From contig CM075991.1 of the NCBI GenBank assembly GCA_038087875.1, forward strand, positions 6,076,001 to 6,140,000: a stretch of DNA of 64,000 bases, written 5' to 3'. This document shows positions 49,164-62,359 of this stretch, piece after piece. A program made the position numbers and the translations under genes. The notes under the pieces are model-generated. The model made no database searches and was not told the DNA's origin. It saw nothing but the letters and a program-made list of their open reading frames with translations. Positions within the stretch are counted from its first letter, which is position 1. Every line of letters begins with the position of its first letter. The stretch is from Malacoraja senta. Lineage: Eukaryota.

Positions 49164-49489
49164 TCTCAAACCTCTACAGATGCGCTATAGAAAGTCTTCT
49201 GACGGATGTATCTCAGCCTGGAGTGACAACAGCTCTGCTCTTGACCACCTGAACCTGGGGAGAGTGGTGAACGCAGCCTGGCCCATCACAGACTCATATT
49301 TGTTGACGACTGCTGTCCTTTCACAAAATCTAGCCCGGGCATAGCAAGCAGATTCGGAGTGGTTTGTCCATACCCTCACCACAGCCACAGCCTCAGTGAG
49401 GGTGTCAGGGCTAACGGGGAAAAGGCAGGAGAGAATGGGGTTGGGAGGGACAAATAAATCAGCTATGATTGAAAGGTGGAGTAGGCTTA

Positions 49490-49735
49490 AGGGCCAGTCC
49501 CACTTTGCCGTCATTTGCGTGTAAATTACGTGACATCATTTACGCTTCACGACCCACGACGCGCACGATGTGACACGCACGTGATGCGCGCATGGTGTGC
49601 ATTACGCACGCATGGTGCGCGATGACATAGGCAGTGACGCGCGGTTGCATGCGGCGTCGCAAGATTTTGTGATGTACAAAATCTTCGTGCGCCATCTGCG
49701 TGACGCACAAATGACGGCCAAGTGGGACAGGCCCT
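49490..49735. mobile_element. PIF/Harbinger-like MITE (246 bp) inserted in a CR1 tail
   Basis: TIR AGGGCC(A/T)GTCCCACTT.GCCGTCATTTG; TSD TTA at 49487-49489 / 49736-49738; CpG-rich interior. Confidence 0.85.
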
Positions 49736-50259
49736 TTAATGGGCCGACTGGTCAAATTCTGCTCTTTGAACTTCTGAACCTCCATCCCGTCCATCTTCAC
49801 GGGGCCATGCATCAGGAAGGATGGAAGTGTCTTCAAGGGTGCCTGTCACATGTTCCTTTCCCTATTCTCGCTTCTATCTTCTGGGAGAAGATACGGGAGA
49901 TGAACTCCCAGACATCCAGACTTGTCCAGCTTCTTCCCCACTGATATTAGACTCCAGAACCAATCACCTCATTCACACCCCCTACCCAGAGGTACTGCCA
50001 TGTGGGTCATAAGGTCATATGTGATAATTAGGCCATTCGGCCCATTAAGTCTACTCCAACATTCAATCATTGCTGATCTATCTCTCCCTCCTAACCCCAT
50101 TCTCCTGCCTTCTTCCCATAACCTCTGACACCTGTACTTGCCTTATCTCTATCTCATTGTTATTCCGTTATTTTATTTTATTTTTTATTGCCCTATAGTC
50201 TTGCACCATTCTGCTGCTTTGCACTCGTCCTTGTATTTATTGTTGTATCCATTATTACA

Positions 50260-50640
50260 AGAGTGTCAAGAATCCAGAATGTTTTATTATCATATGTCTT
50301 AAAACGGAACAATAAAATTCTTACTTGCAGCAATAATGCCGTCAAGTCTATATAGTTCGGAGCCTCTTTGTTTCTGAATGTGAACGTTGCCGTTTTCAGG
50401 CTCCTATACCTTCTTCCTGATGACAGAAGTGAAATGAGAGCGTGGCCAGGGTGGTGTGGGTCTCTGACGATGCTAGATGCCTTTTTTGAGGCAGTGACTT
50501 TTGTAGATCCCTTCAATGGTTGGGAAGTCACCATCGAAGGGATCTTCAAATCGCTGAAGGACTGGGCAGTGTTCACATCTTTTTGCAGTCTTCTTTGTTC
50601 CTGGGCTTTCAAGTTGCCAAACCAGAAGATGATGTAACCA
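50260..50640 (-). mobile_element. Rex1/Babar-type LINE fragment
   Basis: KKASSIVRDPHHPGHALISLLSSGRRYRSLK in ORF 50193..50612. Confidence 0.75.
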
Positions 50641-51611
50641 ATCAGTATTTGGTCCTGTGGACAGGATATACCTGGTTAATTTTCCACGATGTCAGGATGT
50701 AGTTAGGTTGACGATCACAACAGCCTATTTGTGTACAGTTCAGATCTGCCCAGGAGTAGTCAGATGATTATCCCACTTCTTTGGTAACGCGGGGGTCTGG
50801 ATGAATAGACACAAAATGCTGGAGTAACTCAGCGGCTCAGGCAGCAGCCCTGGAGAATATGGTTGTGCCATTTTGGGTGAGAAGTTGCTGAGATCATACG
50901 TTCATAAGGCAGAATTAGGCCATTCAGCCCATCGCGTCTACCCCACCATTGAAACAAGCCTGATCTATCAAACCCTCTCAAACCCATTCTCCTGCCTTCT
51001 CCCCACTGCCCTTGACACCCTTCCTAATCAAGAACACCCTTACTAATAAATTCCCAGTCTTTCCTTGGTAAAATGTCACAAGGATTCCTGCGGATAGAAT
51101 GAGTGGCCAGTTCCCTGTCTTCTTTGTTCCTCGGTGATCTTGCGATGAGAAACCTCTCAGTGATTATGTGTTTGTTGGGTCAACCATTGAGCTTGTCAGT
51201 AAGCATAACAATCGGGGTGATTTGAATGTGTCTAATGTTGTTTGTTTTGGATTTCAGTTTCCAAAGTCCTTCAGACACGGTTGTAATGGGAGACTGGTGA
51301 AGTCAATTGTGGAGTTTAACAGAGGTTAAACTGAGTTCTTGCCTGCAACTGAATGGTGTCATTGTCCCAATGGACTGACTGATGGCAAACAGTTGATGGA
51401 ACAGAGGAGCTCTCTGCCAAACAGTATTCACAAGTGTAATCGAGCAGTTTCCCATGTGTACATTAGGGAGCCCTGCAAATGCCAGGATAAATTACCAACC
51501 CACCCAAAGTGGCATAGATAGACACAAGTAACTCAGCAGGTCAGGCCATATTTCTGGAGAACATGGATAGGTGACATTTGGTTCTGATTCCGATTCAGAC
51601 TTTAAGTGGCA

Positions 51612-51818
51612 GAAAGGAACTGCAGATGCTGGTTTGTAACGAAGATAGACACAAAATGCTGGAGTAACTCAGAGGGACAGGCAGCATCTCTGGAGAGAAA
51701 GAATGGGTGATGTTTCGGGACCAAAGAAGGGTCTCAACCCGAAACGTCACCCATTCTTTCTCTCCAGAGATGCTGCCTGTCCCGCTGAGTTACTCCAGCA
51801 TTTTGGGTCTATCTTTAC
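51612..51818. mobile_element. Penelope-like inverted-repeat element (same family as 268-499)
   Basis: Inverted arms ...AAAATGCTGGAGTAACTCAG...GGTGATGTTTCGGG / CCCGAAACGTCACC...CTGAGTTACTCCAGCATTTT; other copies at ~6045-6150, 6476-6682, 7533-7695, 9320-9462, 40131-40280, 42195-42720, 45405-45570. Confidence 0.65.
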
Positions 51819-52296
51819 CAAGTGGCACAATGGCACAGCTAGCATAGCTCCTCACTCACAGCTCCAGCAACCTGGGTTCAATCCTGACCTCAGGTCTTGT
51901 ACGTGTGAAGTTTGCACAGTGTGCCTGTGACCACATGGGTTTCCTCCAGGTGCTCTGGTTTCCTCCCACATTCCAAAGACATGCAGGTTTGTAGATCAAT
52001 TTTCCCCAGTATTGTTAACCCAAACTTTGCAAACCTTTTCCTTTCTAAAAAATATATGTATTTTAATGTAAGTAACTCAGGGGGATCTGGGGGGATTTGA
52101 TGGAATGTGGGAAGAATAAAAATAGGATTATTGAAGGATTATTATAAATCAATGTTTGATGGTGGGCATTCACTTAATGGGCTGAAAGGCTATATGTCTC
52201 TAATCAAAGCCGGTGCAGTAAATCCTTCCAGAGGAGATTCTAAACTAGGAACCACGCTACTCTGTCAGGTGGATCCTTTGAGGTGCCATTATCTCA

Positions 52297-52581
52297 GTGG
52301 CACAGCAGTAGAGTTCCTGCCTTACAGCGCCAGAGACCCGGGTTCGAACCTGACTACAGGGTGCTGTCTGTACGGAATTTGTACGTTCTCCCTGTTATTG
52401 CGTGGGTGTTCCAGTTTCCTCCCACATTCCAAAGACGTCAGGTTAGTAAGTTAATTGGCTTCCGTGTCACCTAGTGTGACCTATGTCACCTAGTGTGAAG
52501 TGTAGCGCCAGTGTACGGGATGATCGCTGGTGGACACGGGCTCGGTGGGCCGAGGTGCCTGCTTGCCCGCTTTTTCTCTAA
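52297..52581 (+). mobile_element. HE1/V-SINE-type SINE
   Basis: A-box GTGGCACAGCAGTAG, B-box GGTTCGAACC, V-domain, CR1-like tail. Confidence 0.8.
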
Positions 52582-54086
52582 TGTCGAAAGACACATTTCC
52601 CATGTTGTCTTGGCCAATATTTTTTTTTTATTTTTTTTTAATTAGAAGTATTGTACAGTAATCTCAAACAAACATAAAATTATACATTTCTTGTACCACT
52701 TCTTATTTTAAACTTTAATAAGAAAAAGGATAGAAAGAGTTAGCAGAGATAGTAAGTGAGTGAGTGGGAAGAGTGGTCCAGGAAAACCCGTAGGGACCTA
52801 AACCACAAGAAAGAGTTAAACAAAAAAAACAAAAGAAGGAAAAAGAAAAAAAAGTAAGATAAGATAAGACAAGATAAAAGGGATGTACCTACTTCATATC
52901 TTTACTCACCCCTCACCAGGTCCTGAAACCATTTATTATCAACATTTTGTTGCTCCCTTATTTGTAATAAGTGGACTTATTGGCCAATATTTCAACCAGC
53001 AACTAAATTTAGTTGTGAAGAGATATCATATTACTGTCTGTAGAATCTAACTACGTGTAAACTGGCTGCCCTGTTGCCTGTATTACAACAGTGACCTGTT
53101 ATCAAAAGAATTCTCTTGGCTGTCAAGTGCTTTGTGACTTCCCGGCATTGTGAAAGAAGCTTTTGTCTTCTTAGATATCCTGGGGTTGATCGTGGAGCTT
53201 CGAGTACAGGCCTGGCATGGGAACACAGAATAGCACTGTCAGGAGGGCAGGACCAGTGAAACAGTAACCACCTGTGCTCCTCGCTTCCTCAAGCCAAGTT
53301 GGGGGGGAAAAGTTCAACCACACAAAGGGGTGAGGGGTGGGAATTGGCCCCAAACCAGGGCTGGTTATGGAGAACGAGGCAGAGTTCTACCAATGCTACA
53401 GACAACTCATATTTGTTGACGGCTGCTGTCCTTCCACAAAATCTAGCCCGGACATAGCATGCAGATTCCGAGCATTTTGTCCATAGCCTCACCGCAGCTA
53501 CAGCCTTAGTGAGGGTTATCATGGGTTATGGGGAGAAGGCAGGTGAATGGGGTTGAGAGGGACAAATAGATCAGCCATGATTGAATGGCGGAGTAGATTT
53601 GATGGGCCGAATGGCCTAATTTTGCTCCTGGAACTTATGACCTTCATCCATTTTATTAACCGGGTAATCTGCCGGGCCATGCGGCACTCCATCCCCTTAC
53701 CCACAGCAGACACAACTTGTTTCTGATGCTGGGTCAAGCGAAAGTGCTGTCTGTGTGGTGTTTGCACGTTCTCCCTGTGACCACATGGCTTTCATCCAGG
53801 TGCCCCAGTTCCCCAAATGCGTGCAGGTCGGTCGCCGTAAATTGTCTCTCCTGTGTACATGGGGAGTGTAATTTGGTGGGAATAGCAAGGAATATGAAGA
53901 GGAAAGGCAGCCAGAAAAACTAGAGCAAAATTCACCTGCTGGAGGAACTCAGCTATTTGCAGGCAAACGAGTTGTGCAGTTGTGAGAACTAATGGTGCCT
54001 TAGTAATTCGGGAGAAGTCAGATTCTCAAATCTTAATAGATTTGTGTTGGAAGAAGTCAGTGAACCAGAGGCCAGAGACAACGTCT

Positions 54087-54386
54087 GTAGTTTAGTTAAG
54101 AGACACAGCACAGAAACAGGCCCTTTGGCCCACCGAGTCTGCACCGACCCGCGGACCCCCGCTCACTTACACTATTCCACACACACAAGGGACAATTTAC
54201 ACTTATACCAAGCCAATTAACCTGCAAACCTGTACGTCTTTGGAGTGTGGGCGGAAACCGAAGATCTCGGAGAAAACTCAGTGACGGGGAGAAAGTACAG
54301 ACAGCACCTGTTGTCGGGATCGAACCCAGGTCTCTGGCGCTGCAAGCGCGATAAGGCAGCAACTCTACCACTGCACCACCGTGCCG
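54087..54386 (-). mobile_element. HE1/V-SINE-type SINE
   Basis: Reverse complement of head GGCACGGTGGTGCAGTGGTAGAGTTGCTGCC...GGTTCGATCCC, V-domain and tail. Confidence 0.82.
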
Positions 54387-54665
54387 TGTGGCATTCCTAC
54401 CTGAAATATAATATCAGAAGGGAGTATCTGGAGCCAAAGACTGTGGCATGGTTATGTATAAATGCTAAAAAAGATACCGGCACATGGGACAGCACCTTGG
54501 CACAGCTAACATCGGCCTCATAGTGCCATGGACCCAGTGCAATACTGAGCCATTCATATATGCAGTTTGCAACTTCTTTGTGCGATGGTGTAAGTTTCCT
54601 CCGGGTCCTCCAGTAGTTTCACTGGCGTCCCAAAGCATGGTCCTGGTCTTTTCTCGCCTCCTGCT

Positions 54666-54800
54666 TCTTCTTGCATATGGCAGGCACAGCCTAAAGTGGT
54701 AGGAAACTTGTTCTATTTGATCTTATTTGATTGTGCACGCCAGGTTGATTGCATTCGTCGAAACAGGGCGGACCACGTGAAGGGTGCAATCTCCCACCCC
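54666..54800 (-). mobile_element. Short non-autonomous retroposon with 5' HDV-like ribozyme (54747-54800), copy 2
   Basis: Perfect 12-bp TSD TCGCCTCCTGCT at 54654-54665 / 54801-54812; 5' end at the predicted G1; P1' CCGCCCU and UUCG loop; one P3 mismatch (CCC/GGU). Confidence 0.8.
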
Positions 54801-57309
54801 TCGCCTCCTGCTCTTCACCAACCTTCCACCCACTCCCTTCGCACCCCCTACTGAAGAGGTTCCCAAACCAAAACGTCACCCATCCTTTTTCTCGAGATGC
54901 TGCTTGACCCGTTGAGTTCCACCAGCACTTCGTATCTACCTTGGGTTGGTAGCTTAATTGTCCGCTGTAGGTGAGTGGATAGGATGTGGGAGGAATTAAC
55001 AATCATTGGACGTGTAAATGGGTCAGTGTGGACTCGATGGGTTGAAGTGCCTGTTTGCATGACTCTTCTCTCTATGACTGTTCTGGGAGTAGAGGGTTCA
55101 TAAAACGTAGACCTGTTACAGCACAAGAACAGGCCTTTGGCCCACATGTCCGTGCCGAACATGATGCCAAGACCATCGCTAATCCACCTGCACATAACCC
55201 ATCTCCATATGCCAATCCAAAAGTCTTTCAAATGCCACTAACATATCTGTTTCACCCACCACCCAAACCAGTGTGTTCCAGGCACTCACCGCCATGTAGA
55301 GATGCCCCACACATCTCCTTTATACTTTGCCCCTATCGACTTAAAGCTATGCCTCTAATATTTGATATTTCCACCCCAGGAAAAAAGATTCTGACTGTCT
55401 TCACCATCTGTGCCTCTCATAATTTTATAAGCAACATAATTGACCGATTTTGTAGCAGTAGTCAGCGGGCTCTCTAAGATGAACATGGTGTGTTTGAGTG
55501 GAATTAAGTGGCAGGTGTGAGTTAGTCATGGGTGATTAAAATACAGTACTGGTGGATGTAGCGATAAAACCCACGTCAGAGAAATCCATTAGTCAGAGTA
55601 CAGGACAAATAATGGCTTAATAAATCTTCAGAGGATGTGCGAAGAATTATGTCAAGATTGCCTTACACAAAGGATGAAGCCTCACCATAAATGAATCATT
55701 TACCTCTGATGCTCAAAGGAGAAACTGCTTCATGATGTCTCATCCACCTTTGACGTGGGCAATTTCATAGACAGCTTGAGAAGCGCAGAGACCAGTTCCC
55801 TGCATTAGACCAGTCACTGTGCCGTGGAGTAATAAAAGCTATTCCCTTTCCCCCACATCTTCAAGTTGAAGAGACCGAGTCATCTAATTGCGAAGCAGAA
55901 GAGCGAGATTTAACGTGGGCAGAATTCAGACTTTCAAGTGTAAAGCAGCTGACAATGCCAGACCAAAGGAACATTATGTGTCAATGATCATTGGGTCAGG
56001 CAGAATTACTCCAGCATTTTCTGTCTACCTTCAATTTAAACCGGCATCTGCAGTTCTTTCCTGCAAATGATTATCATTGCATGTTTCTTAAAGGTGAAAG
56101 CATCATTTATCCGTATAAATCTATTCCATGAATAGTCAGTGTTATAGAACGTGGAAACAGGCTCTTCAGCCAAAGCATTTCCATGCAGCCCAACATGCCC
56201 CATCTACACTAGTCTCCCTGCCTGCTTTTGGCCCATATCCCACTAAATCTACCCTACCTATTTACCTGTCTAAAAGATTCTTAAATGTTGCTGTGGTACC
56301 TGCCTTAACTATCTCCTGCACAGTCTCTTGCCCAGGGTAGGTGAATCAAGGACCAGACATAGGTTTAAGGTGAAGGGGAAAATATGTAATAGGAATTTGA
56401 GGGGTAACTTTTTCCACACATATGGTGGTGGGTGTATGGAACAAGCTGCCAGAGGAGGTAGTTGACGCAGGGATTAACCCACCATTTAAGAAACAGTTCG
56501 ACAGATACATGGATAAGACAGGCTTGGAGGGATTGGACCAAACAGGGGCAGCTGTAGCTGGGACATGTTGGCCGGTGTGGGCAAGATGGGCCGAAGGCCT
56601 GTTTCCACACTGTATCGCTCCACAACTCTTCCGGCAGCTTGTTCCATACACCACCCTTTGTGCAAAAAAAAAGTTACCCCTCAGGTTCCCAATAGTGTCT
56701 CGGTTTTCCTGCATGCCAGTCGGGGGTTGCTTCATTTGATGAGGCATTACAAATGGACATGAACATTGCGTACAATCATCAGCAAACAGCCCAATTCCCA
56801 CAGCCTCTCGCTTGCCCATCACAGCTGTTTCTGTGATCCGCTGCCACAGGGGGGAAAAGAGCCCTTGTGTATATTCAAAGCTGAGATATAGTCCTAATCA
56901 CAAAAGCGACCGAGAGATGTGGGAAAAGGGCAGCGGATTTGAACGCTATCAGATCAGCCATGGACCCATTGAGTGATGGCACAGTCTCAAGGGGCTGAAT
57001 GGCCTGCCGAAACATCACCAAATTAATCACCTCTCGTTCTCTCCCTTTGGTGCCCAGATTTTAATAACTCTGACAGGACTATTAAATAGTGGCTAAATTA
57101 TGAACCTTGGACTATACTTGGCTGCAGTAAGGACTTTGGGCTTTTGTGCACCAGTGTTGGTGTTATTCAATTATTGATTTATTATTATATGCTGTTCATG
57201 AGTACTCTGTTTACAGGCCAGTAATAATTTAATCTTTCCACTCTCAATACATATAACAATTAAACCCTCTTGAGTAGTTGACCAATAATGGCAGGGAAAG
57301 ATGGAAAAT

Positions 57310-60300
57310 AAAATACATGAAGAGAAGGTTTTGTTGCTAAGTTTACACCATTTTTTTTTAAATTTTGTAGTTATTGAACCAACTTGGAATGAGATTAACA
57401 GATATCATGTTACAAACAGCCAGTGAAATTCTTGCAAAGAGATCACAGGCATTTAAATAGATTTGACAGATATTCATGACGCAATGTTGGAAAAATACAC
57501 TTGATATTTATCTGCATTTCTATGTGCTGATATTGCACAGGGTACAAAACAGAAACAAGAGTTATTTTTGTTAACAGACAGGCAGCAACAGAACAATTTT
57601 TAACTATCGTTCCAGCTCTTGAGACACGCAAGATGCAACTTAGCCAACTTGAACTTAAACCAAACGTGGCAAAGTAGCGCCCTGAAACTGGCACTAAACT
57701 CACTCACTATTATCCCATGAGAAGGGGCAGAAGTAGTTAGAATGCCCAAATCTTCCAGCCCACCTACTACTGGTGCAATGAACTGGAAGACAGGGAAGAG
57801 GGGATCACTTTATAATGCCCGTTCGTGCATGGTTCCACCCGCTCTCTCTCTTTATTCCCAAACTCTCATCAGGTAGATGCCCAGCGATCATGCAACAGAG
57901 AGCAGGATCGGAGTGGTTCGTGGACCAATTTAAAATAAAAATCGATGTCACCGCGGCTTTTGTTTCCAATGAACGACCGATCGCCGGCTCTCAGAGTGCC
58001 AGGCTCAGTTCAATGCCCACGCCCCATGGTCTCCTAGTGATCCAGTAACATTGTTGTACTGTCCAAGCACCACTGCGATCTTGGGCACAAGGAATGGCCA
58101 GAAGACTATTGCCAAACAACTTTAAAAAAAAATGTTTCCACCACCTGGGGCACAAGATGATTGGCCTCGGCTGGGGTGAGTGGAATTGTTGCAACTGTGG
58201 TAATGACAAGGGTGGAACATCATTGCTCAGTTAGAGTGCAATGTGCTGGGGGTAGGGCCTGCCCAATGCAACCAGCTGTTGAGCTGGACATATGATAGCA
58301 TTGCTTCACCAGGTCCACGGCCACTCAATAAGCCCCCGTCTGGTTTATCAAGAGGCCAATGTATCCCGCTTATGCCCACACAAGTGCCAGTTTCAGAAAG
58401 CTACTACACACATCGCAGGGCGGGTAAGGAACCAAATGGAAACGACAACAAAGATTGATCAACAGTGCTTTGTTGGACAAAAGGTTATGTGGATCTGTCA
58501 CACACAAAACTTTATACTCTCCCCGGCCGAGATTTCACCAGGTGGAAAACAGTGCACACTTTCACTTCCAGTGAAACGCTCTCAACTCATGCCAACCAAA
58601 CCAAGATCAGAGCAACAATTGCCCAGGATCACCCCCCCCCCCCCTCCCTCCCCATATCTCAACTACTCTCCTCCCTAGCAGCATGTTAACATTAACTGAA
58701 AAATAAAAAATAATCCACAGATATATATATATATTTGTAGATATATACTATTTACACATTCAAGGAATGAAAGCCTGGATTTACAGGGTGTAGCAACAGT
58801 TTGGGTTGTAAGCCAGCCTGTAACTGATCGGAGGGCCAGTCTCCAGGGTCAGCCCATCCCTGAAACACAACGTGGTCCGCCGGGTCCAGAGGCTAACCTT
58901 TTGGAATTTCCTCCCACATCCATCACTGGGAACCCTTGACCCATTTACTCGTCTCCGGGTTACCCGTCCACCCACCCAACCTCAGCAATGTTTCAACCCT
59001 GGGTGTTTGATCATGTTACTGATACCCTCTGTCCTGCTACCTGCACCAACTTAATGGTCACTCCAGCGACTTCAACACTAATTACGACAATCGTCACACT
59101 TCACTGGCCATCGAGCACCTTCCACTCCCCCCCCCCATCGAAACACATGAGAAAGGTGTCACAGAAATAAAGATGACAATATTTACTGATCCTTCTATCG
59201 GGTTACTTGCATCCACTCAATGGTCGCTCCAGTGACTCCAACTCCAATTACGACAATCGCCACACTTCATTGGCCATTGAGCATCCCCCCCCACCCCCTC
59301 AAAAACACACGAGGAAGGTGTCAGAGAAATAAAGCAGACAATATTTACGAGATTATGGTTCTGGTTTACTCCTCTGTTTTTTAAGCTGCTAATCGTGAGG
59401 GATTCTGCCGGGCGACAAGCCCAGTTCTCTTCTGACAGGGATGAGGGGTATAGTTGGTTGGTCGCTGGATGAGGGGACACTCAGGATGGCCTCCATTCGC
59501 CTAATGGAGCAATCTACTGCCCCTTGCCGCCCTGCCCTGCACCCCCCCCCCCACCCCGAACCCCTAAACCCAGATGTTTGGTGGAGCTCATTAACACACA
59601 GCAGTGCTCTATGAAGGAATCACTCCTTGCCATTCAAAATCTGTCATGTCGTGAAGAATGCAACCATATGAAGAAAAAACCCATTATGGATAATAAAGAC
59701 TAGTGTTAGACTGCCCAATGCATCCCCACATCTAGCAGGGATGAGCCTTCAGAGCGGTACAACCACATCCATGCCCAATGTTTGTTGAGTTCAGGTCTAG
59801 TGTATCACAGTTAGAGTATGGGCTGAAGTTTCTACAGCGTCACACAGATACTTTTGCACACGTCTGTCTCTTTGGAGCAACTGATGTTGTTGTTTGAAGA
59901 AGGAGCCCTCTCCAAACATCCCATCACCAATAACATGTTCCCATCGCTAACCATCGGCGTCACTCTCCAGTTCTCTCAGCCGACAAGAGTTGAGGAGAGA
60001 GGCCCAAATGGGCAAAGGTTGGGAGTTCTTTGAAGGTGCTGCAAGCCAGCTGGTCCAAGCTACCTTGCTCGATAGCTAACAAACGCAAAGTGGTGCCCAA
60101 GCAGGAGATCCTGGTTAACGAGGTGAGAAAGAGCAAGCGGAGAATGGATGTGGCAGTGCTGTGGCTCCCATGCTTCATCCAACTGCTGGAAGTTTGTCCA
60201 ACTTCCCAGTGGCTGATATATATTCTTAGCCCAAATACTTGCATACTTCCGCTCCACCCACATCATCCTCGGCTCAAATGTGATTCAAACGTCTGAAAGC

Positions 60301-62073
60301 AAATGATTGCCAATGCAAAGGATTGGAAGCAAAGTCAGTAGAGGGAGCAGGACGCACTAGAGTGTTGGCAGGTGAGCATGTTCAGTGTGAAGAGGTGGTG
60401 GGCGAGGGACAGGGAGAAGTGAGCAGACTGCCCACAGAGTTCCACCTCAGACTGACTCAGGACCCTAGCACGTCGAAAGCAGAGGGCGCAGGGGAAAGCG
60501 AAGTGCCGCAAAGCGTTTGGGCTCCAAGGAAGGTCGACACAAACTGCACCAGGCTGAAGGAGGACCTCACTGAGGTCAATTAGTGTCTCATGGACATGGA
60601 AGAAAAATGGATGAATTCGGATCAAGACAAACATGTGGATTAGCAAAAGCAATTCCAGGCAAAAAAAAAAACCAGTTAAAGGGCTCAAAATCTTTGGAAT
60701 CATGCCACAATTAAGTTTTATTTTTGAGAGTGAGGGGGTGAAATCTAAAAACTCCATCACACTTTAATTTTTAAAAACTGCACGTTCTGGAAATCTGAAA
60801 TAATAACTGAAAATGCTGGAGATATTCAACTTTCCAGACGATATCAGTGGAGCATGATCTGGAGATAACAACTAGGGTCAATGATCTTTCTTCAGGTCAA
60901 GAGGTAAAGGTGATTCAGGGTGTAGTGAAATGGAGGGGAGGTAGAGAGAAGGGAAACTCTGCGACCATATGATAACTGAGACACTGAACACGTAAGTCAG
61001 TACTTGTCAGATTAGAGGTTTGGTCATTTCAGCTGACCAGTCTTGAGAGCATATTACACATCTCTGGATTTCACGTTGAATGCAACTATTTCAGATATCC
61101 AACCCTTCCAGTTTGTTTAATACTTCGGGGATTCTTTTTAATTTCAAGTATTTTTCCGTGTTACTCTCCAGTGTTGTCCAACATGGTGTTTTGGAGACAC
61201 AAGGAACTGCAATTGCTGTTTTATTTTTTATAAAAAACGAGACCCATCACATTATCTCCACTGGCACAACCACCACTTACTTCATTCAGTTTCTCTGCGG
61301 CCCCATCCTATCGCAGGCATTCCCCTTTCCCCTTGCCAGCCACCCCTCTGCCCTTCACTGCAAGGTGGTCGAGTTCTCACCTTTCCCAATTATGAAGATA
61401 ACTATCTGACCCGAAACATTAACTCTGTTCCTTGCTCCACAGACGCCACCTGACATGCCGAGCATTTTCAGCATTTCATTTACCGAGGAGGGGACGTGGG
61501 GGAAGAATAATAGTGGGGTTACATTTCAAGGTAGATGGAACGGACTCGATGGGCCGAATGGGCTATGATCTCCCTTGAGGTTCTCTCATTAGGGTGTCGC
61601 TTTGCTAAATCTATTACTGGTACACACCTCGCATCGCATCCTTCGCAATTAAATGGCACCCACCCTCTGCTCAGCAGAAGGTTGAGGGGCTTGCACCGTC
61701 CACATGGCAAACTGTGGGGCTTTTTCTACCCCCTCCTAGATACCCCCTCCCCACCTCCCCTCCCCCCCCCAACACGCACACGACCACTAGAAAACAGCTT
61801 TGTCAGCCCAGGCAACAATGACTTGGATGAAGTGCTGACCGGCGATGACTCTTGACAAAGATATCAAACCGACAATGGCAAACAACACTCTGCTCCCATC
61901 CCCATCGACACGTCAGAGAGATTTGGGCGGCCGCGCAGGCGTTGACGAGGGAGAGGAGGGTGGGAGGAGGGAGTGCGACGCCACACTGCTGTCATCTCCG
62001 CTTTGGGGCACACATACTAGATGGACGGGAGGAGCCTCTGCAGACACAGCCAACAGTGACGGCGTCCTCAACT
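57310..62073 (-). other. Probable long 3' UTR of SLC23A2 (distal end uncertain)
   Basis: Directly follows the stop codon; far poorer in SINE/LINE pieces than the flanks; AU-rich UTR-like tracts near 58690-58760 and 57320-57600. No unambiguous poly(A) site identified; an intron within the UTR cannot be excluded. Confidence 0.45.
59051..59347 (+). repeat. Diverged tandem duplication (~165-bp period)
   Basis: AATGGTC.CTCCAG.GACT.CAAC...AATTACGACAATCG.CACACTTCA.TGGCCAT.GAGCA...AAGGTGTCA.AGAAATAAAG..GACAATATTTAC occurs at ~59053 and ~59219. Confidence 0.8.
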
Positions 62074-62303
62074 CTATACCGTTGACTCGGGTATCTCGTC
62101 CCGCCTCCGACTGTTCTTCTTCTCCCTGTACTCCTGCCAGTAGTAGCCAGTGAAGGTCGGGCAGATGGGCAGGTAACTGAACAGTTTGTATCGCCTGATA
62201 TATTTCATGCCGATGGGCAAGTCATAGGTCACCTTGCTGTCAGAGGTCTTGAATCCAACGATTCCAATCTTAGACTTGCAAATGCCCCTCTCTTCAGTGG
62301 TTC
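62074..62303 (-). CDS. SLC23A2: Last coding exon of sodium-dependent vitamin C transporter 2 (SVCT2); upstream exons beyond the window end
   Basis: Acceptor CTCTTTCCCCATTTTGCTCCATTGCAG, phase 1; translates (G)TTEERGICKSKIGIVGFKTSDSKVTYDLPIGMKYIRRYKLFSYLPICPTFTGYYWQEYREKKNSRRRDEIPESTV-stop. This matches the SLC23A2 C-terminus (GT.EERGI...Y.LP.GM..I..Y..FSYLPI.PTF.GY.W) better than SLC23A1. Not in the ORF track. Confidence 0.88.
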
Positions 62304-62359
62304 CTGCAATGGAGCAAAATGGGGAAAGAGGTCAATTAAAAGAAATGGCATTTCTATAG

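Noticed and set aside
52297..52360. tRNA-like A/B boxes as tRNA genes
   Set aside because: They are SINE heads continuing into V-domain and LINE-like tails; no complete cloverleaf.
2600..57300. RASSF2 or prion-protein gene expected from mammalian synteny with SLC23A2
   Set aside because: No exon or ORF resembling either was recognised by eye; tBLASTn would be needed to exclude short exons.
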